A DNA stretch of 32,362 nt. It comes from a virus (Duplodnaviria; Caudoviricetes). A model generated the notes under the pieces. It was not told the DNA's origin and did no database searches. It saw only the letters and a program-made list of their open reading frames with translations. Shown here piece by piece: positions 18,570-26,673 of this stretch. Each line of letters starts with the position of its first letter. Position 1 is the first letter of the stretch. The position numbers and the translations under genes are program-made. The stretch is from positions 1 through 32,362 of the IMG/VR virus record IMGVR_UViG_3300037722_001039. One strand, given 5' to 3'.

Positions 18570-18869
18570 ATGACGATATTCATATTCACGTTCGAGATTA
18601 TGAATCACGCCTTCGCCATCGGTATGCGCCTGGATGAGACAACGGCAACCAACGCCTTCTTCATCATGGTGTCGTACCTTGTGCTGTTCATATTCAAGGA
18701 AGATCACCGCACGGCTGTTTTCAGAGTCTTCTGGACCTGGTTATTTCTCGAGGTCGAGTCGGCGTATCGTTTTGAGTGGGAAGGTTGCTGCAGCGGGAAC
18801 ATGGGAGACCTGGGGGAGCTGGCAATGGCTATATTAATCCCGATAATCATAAGGAGGCTCATAAGTTGA
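18570..18869 (+). CDS. Small multi-pass membrane protein
   Basis: Start 1 nt after the upstream stop; 3-4 hydrophobic segments. Confidence 0.6.
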   Translation: MTIFIFTFEIMNHAFAIGMRLDETTATNAFFIMVSYLVLFIFKEDHRTAVFRVFWTWLFLEVESAYRFEWEGCCSGNMGDLGELAMAILIPIIIRRLIS

Positions 18870-19864
18870 ATAGATTAGCTGCGTACTTATTATTATTGTC
18901 TTGCAGTACAGCGAGCGCACAGACGGCATGGTTAAATATACCGGACCTCAAAGTGTTTCATACCGCGGATTCGATAATGAACCTATCCGATGGGGAAGTT
19001 TTTGGAACTAGCTCAGGACTTGGAAAGGTTTGGTTTGCCACGTGGGGAGAATATGCAGAAGCTGCGGATGAATGGTTCTTTAGATCATTTACTTCGGCTC
19101 AGGGTCCACATTATGTGGAATCAGAACCAACGTTAAATGACCATCCCGTTGTTCGTTTCTATGGAGGCACGGTAACTAATGATTCTAGCGCCATTTATGA
19201 TTCTGATAATGCTGGTCTGGAAGAAAGAACACCTTGGAGTATGCACGGATTTCAACGGTTTACATTCTTTGCTCATGTCAAGGTTTTCAACAACGGGAAA
19301 CTGGTAAATCCAATTTTTCACACCAATGCTTTCACCAATGCAGGTGGATTACAATCAGTTAAATTCAATTACTTAACAAATGAAAATCCGACACCAAGAT
19401 TTGGGTTCGATATTGGATCTGATGACCCGCCGAATAGACTCGTAATTGCCGTTACGGATGCGACATCCGCTCCGGATGATTCTACTTGGCACTCCTTTAT
19501 GGCTGTCTTCGACAACGGAGGTGGGGCAGGAGTAACGTCGACGATTCTGCGCCTATATGTGGACGACCCGGAAAATACAGTTGGAACTGGGAATCGTGTT
19601 ACATCTCAGGAGCCTTGTGATGGATGTTTATCAGATTATGATCCCTATCTGGGTACGACGAAAAGTGGAACAATTTACGACGGGGCATTTGACATATACG
19701 CAATTGGCTGGTGGGCTGATACCCTTTCACTTGCAGAGAGAACCCTCGTTTTTTCAGGTGTAGACAGCCTCATAAATGATTTATCTTCCGGCCCAGGTGA
19801 ATCAGGAGCTTCCGGTGAATACAGCCGGCGCCGCTATCTTCGCAGGGTGAACTCTAGACCATGA
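18866..19864 (+). CDS. Exported LamG-like protein with Arg-rich C-terminus
   Basis: TTG start after AAGGAGG; signal NRLAAYLLLLSCSTASA|QTAW; FTFFAHVK, WHSFMAVFD, LRLYVDD, GAFDIYAIGWW motifs. Confidence 0.75.
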   Translation: MNRLAAYLLLLSCSTASAQTAWLNIPDLKVFHTADSIMNLSDGEVFGTSSGLGKVWFATWGEYAEAADEWFFRSFTSAQGPHYVESEPTLNDHPVVRFYGGTVTNDSSAIYDSDNAGLEERTPWSMHGFQRFTFFAHVKVFNNGKLVNPIFHTNAFTNAGGLQSVKFNYLTNENPTPRFGFDIGSDDPPNRLVIAVTDATSAPDDSTWHSFMAVFDNGGGAGVTSTILRLYVDDPENTVGTGNRVTSQEPCDGCLSDYDPYLGTTKSGTIYDGAFDIYAIGWWADTLSLAERTLVFSGVDSLINDLSSGPGESGASGEYSRRRYLRRVNSRP

Positions 19865-20487
19865 TCGAATTCATCGGCAAACTCCTGGAAGAAAAACGCT
19901 ACCCGGAACTGGTCTACTTCGTCCGCAAGCTCTGGGATAAGGAAGGGTGGCTCTATCTAAAGCGCAACAAAAACGCCGTGGAGAGGGTGAAGTGTGAATT
20001 TACCAGACTGACCGGCAAGGCTCCGTACACCAGCATGGGCGATACCACCAGGTGGGATCAGCAGATAGCCAGGTACGTCGACCGCCTGGGAGTCAAGGCC
20101 ATAATAGACGATATGCAGCAGGCCAAACTGCGCTACAAACCGAAGTCGATACTGTACTTCATATATAGCTCCGGGCAGATGCCGTGCCGCTGGGAGAACC
20201 TGGTGCTCGACCAGGTGGAAGCCGAAGCCGAGCGCGCCAAAAAGGAAGAGAACGAAATGGCCAGCGCCCTGGCGAAATACATCGGGCTGCCGGACCTCGC
20301 CGTAGAACCGGACTGGGTTCTAAATGCAAAAATCCGGAAGGATGAAATTGCACGCGAGCTCTTAAAACCCATGAATCGGGAACGTCTGATGGAATTAACC
20401 AAAGAAGCAAACCTGATCCAATCGAGACTGGCCAACTGGGAAATCTCCCAAACCAGGAAGCGGCGGCTCCCCGTTCCGCCGAAATGA
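19861..20487 (+). CDS. Hypothetical helical protein (208 aa)
   Basis: ATGA-coupled last gene of the rightward late operon. Confidence 0.65.
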   Translation: MIEFIGKLLEEKRYPELVYFVRKLWDKEGWLYLKRNKNAVERVKCEFTRLTGKAPYTSMGDTTRWDQQIARYVDRLGVKAIIDDMQQAKLRYKPKSILYFIYSSGQMPCRWENLVLDQVEAEAERAKKEENEMASALAKYIGLPDLAVEPDWVLNAKIRKDEIARELLKPMNRERLMELTKEANLIQSRLANWEISQTRKRRLPVPPK

Positions 20488-20496
20488 TTCCTGCTT

Positions 20497-21159
20497 TTAA
20501 AGCAGTTCGTATTGCTGTATAATATCTTTGAAAGCGAGTAGTTGTCCTGGTGTCATTTTGAAATCGTGTCTGTATTCACCCTCAAATCTCACTTTTATAT
20601 CTTTTGAATTAGCGAACCGCTTGACCTCTTCATGAGCAACATTCAGGTGTGCCCACTCCTTGAGCCTGCGTTTATTGTTTTCAGTCTTCTTGTCCCAACT
20701 TTTAATACTGAATGTTGATACTACTCCGTTCGATACTAAGTAGATTCTATCATAGAATATCCATCTGACTTCATGATCCAGATCGATTCTTGAGTCTCTA
20801 TAGCTTGTGTACATCTTTAGGAATTTACTGCCGTTATCTTCGATTCCAATGTACAAGTAGATTTCAATATATCTGTATGGTTCTACCTCACAAACGATGT
20901 CCCTGTCCGAATGTATCCATGTTGTCTCCTGGAATTCATCACGTTCTTTCCTCACAGTTTTCAGAAACTTCTTCTCCTTGACCTTCGGGGAATAACTTTT
21001 TACTGTGGTCCTAAGACTGTCAGCTCTTCTCTGCATCGCATGGGTTAATTTGAAATCAGATTTATCCGGCAGTCGAAGAGGATCCACGATGGCTTGAGAT
21101 ATTATGACTATAAAGCCGATTATAGAAATGATGACAACGAACGCAGTTAAGGTCTTCAT
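20497..21159 (-). CDS. Membrane-anchored accessory protein downstream of the repressor
   Basis: N-terminal TM segment; AT-richer than its neighbours; same strand as the repressor. Confidence 0.7.
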   Translation of the reverse strand: MKTLTAFVVIISIIGFIVIISQAIVDPLRLPDKSDFKLTHAMQRRADSLRTTVKSYSPKVKEKKFLKTVRKERDEFQETTWIHSDRDIVCEVEPYRYIEIYLYIGIEDNGSKFLKMYTSYRDSRIDLDHEVRWIFYDRIYLVSNGVVSTFSIKSWDKKTENNKRRLKEWAHLNVAHEEVKRFANSKDIKVRFEGEYRHDFKMTPGQLLAFKDIIQQYELL

Positions 21160-21248
21160 AGCAAATACTTCCTTCCTTTTTGGATTTTAATCTTAGATAT
21201 TCCCTTAACATAAAACAACAGCTAAGTATGCTGTCTATTTCGACATAT

Positions 21249-21707
21249 TTACTTTGATTTCTCCCTTTCCAGGATGTCCTGAATAAATGCCTGTAGGATT
21301 ATGAGCTGCTTTTTATCCAGGTCCTTTGATACTAATTCCATAACCGTTCTAAAAGAATCGGATTCACTTTTTGAACCCATGAAGTCTCTAGGATACCTTT
21401 GGCCGTACATGGCGGGTTTCTCCTTGATGCTGGGATATTCATAGTCTTTTACCCTAGATTCTTCCTTCCCAGTAAGCGGTGATTCTCCCTTTCCTTCAAT
21501 GAGCCAATCAATATTGGCCCCCATTTCACTTAGAATATACCGTGTCTTAGCATTCGGCTTACCTCCCTTCGCCAAATTGTAGGCGGTTGAATGGCTGATT
21601 TCTGTATTTTTAGCAAATCTTGATGCAGTTTCATAACCCAAATACCTTATAAACTGCATAAACCGGTCTGCTCTTTGTGACTTTCTTGTATTTTCTACAT
21701 TTTCCAC
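21249..21707 (-). CDS. XRE/CI-like repressor
   Basis: HTH (SRFAKNTEISHSTAYNL) and ANIDWLIEGKGE; divergent from a cro-like gene; no S24 peptidase domain seen; start uncertain. Confidence 0.8.
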   Translation of the reverse strand: MENVENTRKSQRADRFMQFIRYLGYETASRFAKNTEISHSTAYNLAKGGKPNAKTRYILSEMGANIDWLIEGKGESPLTGKEESRVKDYEYPSIKEKPAMYGQRYPRDFMGSKSESDSFRTVMELVSKDLDKKQLIILQAFIQDILEREKSK

Positions 21708-21736
21708 TTGCGCAATATCTATTCTTTTGCTATCGT
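21708..21736 (+). promoter_or_regulatory. Putative sigma70-type early promoter
   Basis: TTGCGC-17 nt-TATCGT with an extended -10 TG. Confidence 0.5.
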
Positions 21737-21789
21737 TTGTATACCTTTTCTAACTTTTGTGAACACTTTTTATATAGAAAATACCGGAA

Positions 21790-22014
21790 ATGCCGATGAA
21801 CACTATACCAATAAACTCTGATGAGATAAGACTCAGACGGCTCAGGATGCTGCACGAATTACAGGCCGCCCATGGAAGGAGGAAGATGACACAGAAGAGG
21901 ATATCCGAAAACCTCGGATATACACGTACCTATTTTAGCAATTGGCTGAATGGCGGACGTAGATCAAAGCGCCTAGCAGCACTCTTCAGCATCTTCTACC
22001 GTAACAATATGTGA
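21790..22014 (+). CDS. Cro/Ner-like HTH regulator
   Basis: MTQKRISENLGYTRTYFSNWLNG. Confidence 0.75.
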   Translation: MPMNTIPINSDEIRLRRLRMLHELQAAHGRRKMTQKRISENLGYTRTYFSNWLNGGRRSKRLAALFSIFYRNNM

Positions 22015-22115
22015 AATTAACTCTTTTAAATCAACGGGCAATATCCAAAATGGAAAGTCAAAACAGCACATCTAATTTAGATGTTGAGATAGACAAAACA
22101 ACAATGGAGGACTAT

Positions 22116-22506
22116 ATGCAACCGGGGCAGCTCAACATTTCCACCGAGGTTCGCCTGGCCCTGTCCAAGGCGATCAAAGCGTGGGGAGGTCTCAGGGAAG
22201 ACAGACGCTACGAACTATGTGCACTCATGTCGCGGTACCTCGGTCAGGACGTGGCGAAGACCACGCTGGACGCCATGACCGCACCTTCCAAAACAACATA
22301 ACCGCTTTCCGCTCGAATGGCTACCGGCGTTCTGTATCGCCACCGGCAACGTCGAAGTCGCCCGCATCGTACTGGGTTCCTTCGGCTGCAGGCTGCTCGA
22401 CTGGGAGGAAAAGCAGGTTGTGAGGCTGAACCAGATAGAGCACCAAATCCGCCGCCTGGAAGAAGAAGCCGAGCGCATGCGGGAAGAAATATCCTCGAAG
22501 AAATAA
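22116..22506 (+). pseudogene. CII-like phage regulatory protein split by a +1 frameshift
   Basis: ...KTTLDAMTAPSK continues in the +1 frame as QHNRFPLEWLPAFCIATG...ISSKK*; ATG at 22116 after GGAGG. Confidence 0.65.
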
Positions 22507-22519
22507 GGAGATCATCAGG

Positions 22520-22747
22520 ATGAACGGGCAATTCACCATAGTTTTTGCAGACTCTGCATGCTGCTCATGCGGAGCCAAGATCACAGTCGAAAACGACTGG
22601 AATATCCGCTGCAGCAGATCCGGATTTAAGCTTGACAGGGAGTCTGTCAATCTTCGCAAAGAGATCTACTCCTTCCCCTGCAGTTGTTGCAGCAGCGGCC
22701 TCCGTCATGAAATTCATGAACCGGTTTACCTGGGAGCACCTCGATGA
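22520..22747 (+). CDS. Small Cys-rich protein
   Basis: AAGGAG RBS; CCSC...CSCC. Confidence 0.55.
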   Translation: MNGQFTIVFADSACCSCGAKITVENDWNIRCSRSGFKLDRESVNLRKEIYSFPCSCCSSGLRHEIHEPVYLGAPR

Positions 22748-23028
22748 TTCCTCTGAACGCCAACCACTTATTCGAAATCATCGACGACATCCAGCATGAT
22801 ATCGAATCGACTCACTTCGACGAACCTGTCAGCCTCCGTATGGCTGCCAATTCTCTGCGCCTTGTCGTCAACCGTATCGAGGCAAAACTCGAGCGCTTGT
22901 GCAATAACATAAAAAAGTGTTCTGACCGGCAGATCGCTCTAATCGATGAACGCTTGCTCGAAGACTTGCGTGAAGAGGAGGACTGGGAGGACCTGGAGGA
23001 CGACGACCATGACGACTTACCATTCTAA
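22744..23028 (+). CDS. Helical protein with acidic SSB-like C-terminus
   Basis: Ends EEEDWEDLEDDDHDDLPF. Confidence 0.65.
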   Translation: MIPLNANHLFEIIDDIQHDIESTHFDEPVSLRMAANSLRLVVNRIEAKLERLCNNIKKCSDRQIALIDERLLEDLREEEDWEDLEDDDHDDLPF

Positions 23029-23041
23029 GGAGTTTACCATC

Positions 23042-23407
23042 ATGAAGTTGAAAGAGATTATCTTTCCAACCCTTTTTCTTTTCTCCGTTATCCTGAACGT
23101 GATACAGATCACCAGCATGGATGACATAGTCGAGCGCTACGAGGACATTCTGACCAACCGCGTCTATCACGAGCAGGCGCTCATGTCCCTGAACAGTGAC
23201 CTCATGTCACGACTGGAGCTCGAGAACATGCGCAGAGCCACATTGATTATGCAGTTGCGACGACAGCTTGGAGTGCCGCAGCCGGACAGCGTATGGTGTG
23301 AAGTTTATCAGTCCTTTACTACAGGTGAATGGGGTTGCAACGAGCGCATGGAAGGTAATGCCGATTCACTCACCCTAGTAAGAGTCCTCAATGCGGATAT
23401 GTTTTGA
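23042..23407 (+). CDS. Membrane-anchored coiled-coil protein
   Basis: TAAGGAG RBS; N-terminal TM, coiled coil, C-terminal Cys pair. Confidence 0.6.
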   Translation: MKLKEIIFPTLFLFSVILNVIQITSMDDIVERYEDILTNRVYHEQALMSLNSDLMSRLELENMRRATLIMQLRRQLGVPQPDSVWCEVYQSFTTGEWGCNERMEGNADSLTLVRVLNADMF

Positions 23408-23564
23408 TTGCTCCGGACCGATGGTGGAACTCGCCGTCATCCAGTTCGAAGATACCGAAGAAGGACACGTCTGCTGTGACTGTGGCCGCATGATTTACAA
23501 CAAAGCAGAGGTCTACAATGCAAAAAGAACAGAACATGTTTCAGCTGATGAAGCAACTCGTTAA
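23391..23564 (+). CDS. 57-aa zinc-ribbon protein (not in the ORF track)
   Basis: MRICFDCSGPM...HVCCDCGRMIY. Confidence 0.55.
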   Translation: MRICFDCSGPMVELAVIQFEDTEEGHVCCDCGRMIYNKAEVYNAKRTEHVSADEATR

Positions 23565-23730
23565 GCATGGTCGTGTCGGCGTTACCCGCGGCTGTGGCAG
23601 TAACTGCCCCGAGTGCTACGGTAACGGCACCAGGGTTTACTACGATAACATGGCCAACACGCAGCGCGTTTTGCCTTGCGTACGCCGCATATCATTCAAT
23701 CTCAAGGAAGGGGTCGAACAATGCAAATAG
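23518..23730 (+). CDS. Small Cys-rich protein
   Basis: CGSNCPECYGNG; GAGG RBS. Confidence 0.55.
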   Translation: MQKEQNMFQLMKQLVKHGRVGVTRGCGSNCPECYGNGTRVYYDNMANTQRVLPCVRRISFNLKEGVEQCK

Positions 23731-24014
23731 ACTATGGACGTATCGTCGCCATGCGCAAAATAGGATTTTCTTACACCAAGATTGCCGAACGACTAGAGTG
23801 CTCGGATAAGCAAGTTGCAAGAATAGCTGACAGACTGAATCTAAAGACTCATCACGTCTGCATTATCGACGACATCCTTGACACACCCTACGAGCATGCG
23901 CTATGGCATGTCTACTTCAACAAGGTTAAATCCTACGGACGCGTGGCCTATGCCTTCGGTGTCACCCGTCAGCGCGTCCAGCAGGTCCTAAGCCAGAAGG
24001 AGGCCCAGGCATGA
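23721..24014 (+). CDS. Double-HTH DNA-binding protein
   Basis: GFSYTKIAERLECS and SYGRVAYAFGVTRQRVQQ. Confidence 0.7.
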   Translation: MQIDYGRIVAMRKIGFSYTKIAERLECSDKQVARIADRLNLKTHHVCIIDDILDTPYEHALWHVYFNKVKSYGRVAYAFGVTRQRVQQVLSQKEAQA

Positions 24015-24239
24015 AGATAATAGACGGGTGAGAATCTCCGAATTTACCGCGAGATTCCTCCTCATCGGGACGCCGATATCCTCGCTCTTGTCCCGGAGGA
24101 CCTGGTCGACCACGATGGGGATGTCATATTTTTCGACGAGGACTTTGCTCTTATAAAGCATGTCCTCGAGGAGCTCGACCTCTGATGGCGCGCTATTGGA
24201 TGCCATCTCAAACCCGCCAGAAGGAGGCTCAGGCATGAA
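23992..24239 (+). repeat. 24-bp direct repeat (1 mismatch) at 23992-24015 and 24216-24239
   Basis: GCCAGAAGGAGGC(C/T)CAGGCATGAA; each copy contains an RBS and an ATGA overlap. Confidence 0.85.
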
Positions 24240-24505
24240 AGTGGATTCCAAGTCATTTAACATCCGTCTACTCATTATGGTCCGCAGCGGTCTTCTGTGG
24301 GTAATTCAAAAAAAGACCGGCATCGACTACCGGGGCACTGGATCGGTCTTTTGTCAGGACTGAAGACCAGGTCGACCAAAGGGAAAGACTATGCATGAAT
24401 ATATTGTGGCCCGCTCCGCCCGCTGGGCGCTCAACCTGGTTGAAGACGGCCATCTCACCATGGATCAGGCCTATAAATTACAATTCATAGAAAGGAGTCC
24501 AGCAA

Positions 24506-25456
24506 ATGGCAAAGAACAATAAGGCAAAAGACAAAGCAGGAAATAATAACGCTGAGGGTCACGGGACAGGCCCGGCTACCTTGCCTGAAACACAAGAGGT
24601 AGCTAAGGTAGAAACGCCTATGATGGTGTGGGTTGACGATGTGGGAGATTATGTCCAAGTATCACGGGAAATGATGGAGAGGGCCAGACTTGCTGAAAGC
24701 CTAATCAACCGACTTGATCTTATAAGGGCTTTTGTTATTAAAATGGTCCACGACGAAAACCTCTGGATTGCGATGGGATGTTCTTCTTTCAAGGATTACT
24801 GTGAACGCAAACTTCCATTCGGTAGAACAAAAGCGTATCAACATCTCAAAATTGCAAATCATTATCTTCCAAAGTTCGATGAGTTTCAGACGAACGGCAA
24901 GATAGATGTTCAAAAAATGAACAACTTGTTCGTTTCGCGAACAGATGATAGGCCCTCATCCGAATCCAAACCGGACATATTAAGCCTAAGTCTTCCAACT
25001 CTTCTAGCTTCTATAGACGACGCCGACTTTGAGGAAATGGAGACGGACTCGGAAACAGAAACCGCCAACGTTGCCAGGGAGATGATTGACTTCAAGAAAA
25101 AAAGTGCGGCCAAGTATGCGAAGCTCGATGAGGAATGCAAGCAGATGAAAGCAGAGCTGGAACTCGCCCGCAAGGACCGGCAGGATGCCCTGGAAGCCGC
25201 CAGGGATGCCGAAGAGATACAGTCAATGTACGGGGCCAAGGCTAGCAAAATCGAGGACAAGCGCCGCATGATGGAGTCAGCCCGCGAGCATATCTACAAA
25301 GCAGAGCAGTACATGGTCCAGGCCGGCGTGGACGAAACCGACCCGGACGGGATTCAACGCGACATGCTCGACTTAATCAAGCGCATGCAATTCTCAATCG
25401 AGAAGGCCAAGAACAACTACTTTTTTCTGGTGAAAGAACTGGAGGCATACGAATGA
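24506..25456 (+). CDS. DUF3102-like DNA-binding/coiled-coil protein
   Basis: MGCSSFKDYCERKLPFGRTKAYQHLKIA followed by a long coiled coil. Confidence 0.6.
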   Translation: MAKNNKAKDKAGNNNAEGHGTGPATLPETQEVAKVETPMMVWVDDVGDYVQVSREMMERARLAESLINRLDLIRAFVIKMVHDENLWIAMGCSSFKDYCERKLPFGRTKAYQHLKIANHYLPKFDEFQTNGKIDVQKMNNLFVSRTDDRPSSESKPDILSLSLPTLLASIDDADFEEMETDSETETANVAREMIDFKKKSAAKYAKLDEECKQMKAELELARKDRQDALEAARDAEEIQSMYGAKASKIEDKRRMMESAREHIYKAEQYMVQAGVDETDPDGIQRDMLDLIKRMQFSIEKAKNNYFFLVKELEAYE

Positions 25457-25878
25457 CTTGTACTATCTGCGATCAAACGTTTGACGAGACAACAATGTGT
25501 CTTGTCAAGTACAATCCCGGAGATTCTGAGAGAATGGGATACTTTACAGCGCATCTGGAATGCTCAAATTGCAGGAGTATTCACAACAGAATGATTGATC
25601 CATCTGTACGTCCTACGACACACCGTGAGGATCTAATTATTGGCCTTGTACTAGACGAATTACATCGCACCGAAACAAAGTTCCCGGTATGGCCGAAAGA
25701 CCCGGTTCATCGAGCAGCTATCGTTGCGGAAGAAGCCGGAGAATTAGTAAGAGCAAGCATAAACCGCTATTATTGTTCCGATGACGAGCTTTCTATGGAT
25801 AAATCAATCATAGAAGAATCTATCCAGACGGCTGCTACGTCTCTTCGGTTACTCTTCAACATGTCCCGAGGTTATTAG
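25453..25878 (+). CDS. Zn-ribbon fused to a MazG-like NTP pyrophosphohydrolase domain
   Basis: CxxC...CxxC then AAIVAEEAGEL...EESIQTAA. Confidence 0.65.
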   Translation: MTCTICDQTFDETTMCLVKYNPGDSERMGYFTAHLECSNCRSIHNRMIDPSVRPTTHREDLIIGLVLDELHRTETKFPVWPKDPVHRAAIVAEEAGELVRASINRYYCSDDELSMDKSIIEESIQTAATSLRLLFNMSRGY

Positions 25879-25879
25879 C

Positions 25880-26071
25880 ATGAATATCAAGACGAAGCCA
25901 ACGTATCGGATCTTTCTATACCAGGGCGTCAGAATAGCAAAACTTGAATTCGAGCCAATTTATGCGGTCCTGAATGCAAACGAAGTCAGTTCTGAACACA
26001 GGAGTCTGAAAGATGCCAAAGCTGCAATCGAGAGCCGTCGTAAGAAAGTCGATAAGCAAGGATCAGATTAA
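25880..26071 (+). CDS. Hypothetical protein
   Basis: GAGG RBS; in operon. Confidence 0.5.
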   Translation: MNIKTKPTYRIFLYQGVRIAKLEFEPIYAVLNANEVSSEHRSLKDAKAAIESRRKKVDKQGSD

Positions 26072-26504
26072 GGCCTTGCGCACGGCGGCTGCAAAGGTTT
26101 TCCGGGAAGAATCAGACTACCGCGACTTCCTCGCTCAGAATTTCGCCGGAATCACATCTACCAAAGACCTCGACATGCATGAGGCCGGGCGGGCCATAAC
26201 GCTGCTGCGCAAACACACCGGATACAAAGAGCCACGCTTTGAAGGCCAGGGCACCGGCAAGAGAATAACCGACTCGCAGGCCCGCAAGATAGCGGCCCTG
26301 GTGGCAACCCTTGGATGGACTAATAAAGGCCTGTTTCAATTCATCGAGCGCCAGACCGGCAAGAAATGCGACGTCCCGATGCTACTGAAGCACGAGGCCA
26401 GCAAGCTTATCGTAGGGCTGCAGCGCGTCGCCGCCAAGGGTAGCAGGGAAACCTACCGCAAATTAAACACAACCAAACCCGGAGATGTGGATGCAATGCA
26501 ATAG
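26013..26504 (+). CDS. GemA/DUF1018-like regulatory protein
   Basis: DYRDFL...TSTKDL..EA, SQARKIAAL...LGW...L..FI and EASKLIVGL motifs; start uncertain. Confidence 0.78.
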   Translation: MPKLQSRAVVRKSISKDQIKALRTAAAKVFREESDYRDFLAQNFAGITSTKDLDMHEAGRAITLLRKHTGYKEPRFEGQGTGKRITDSQARKIAALVATLGWTNKGLFQFIERQTGKKCDVPMLLKHEASKLIVGLQRVAAKGSRETYRKLNTTKPGDVDAMQ

Positions 26505-26673
26505 CTGTTCAACAACATTCGATTCGGATAACTCGGAGATCAATGCGAGATTTATGCGGGAAGATTTGGTGGAGATTGAAATAGTATGCCGGGAGTGCAG
26601 CCAGTGCCACTGGCAGCTTGTCGAAACCTGTGATTTTTCCATAGACATTAAAACCGAATCAGAAGAGGCCTAA
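26485..26673 (+). CDS. Small zinc-ribbon protein
   Basis: CNSC...CREC. Confidence 0.55.
   Translation: MWMQCNSCSTTFDSDNSEINARFMREDLVEIEIVCRECSQCHWQLVETCDFSIDIKTESEEA

Noticed and set aside
14886-19864. Invertible tail-fibre segment or diversity-generating retroelement
   Set aside because: No invertase, reverse transcriptase, flanking inverted repeats or TR/VR pair seen.
23988-24275. Minus-strand 95-aa ORF
   Set aside because: Antisense to the early operon; plus-strand RBS/ATGA junctions explain the region.
24235-24522. TGA read-through or alternative genetic code at 24361
   Set aside because: TGA is an ordinary stop in many genes here; compensating indels give a more protein-like sequence.
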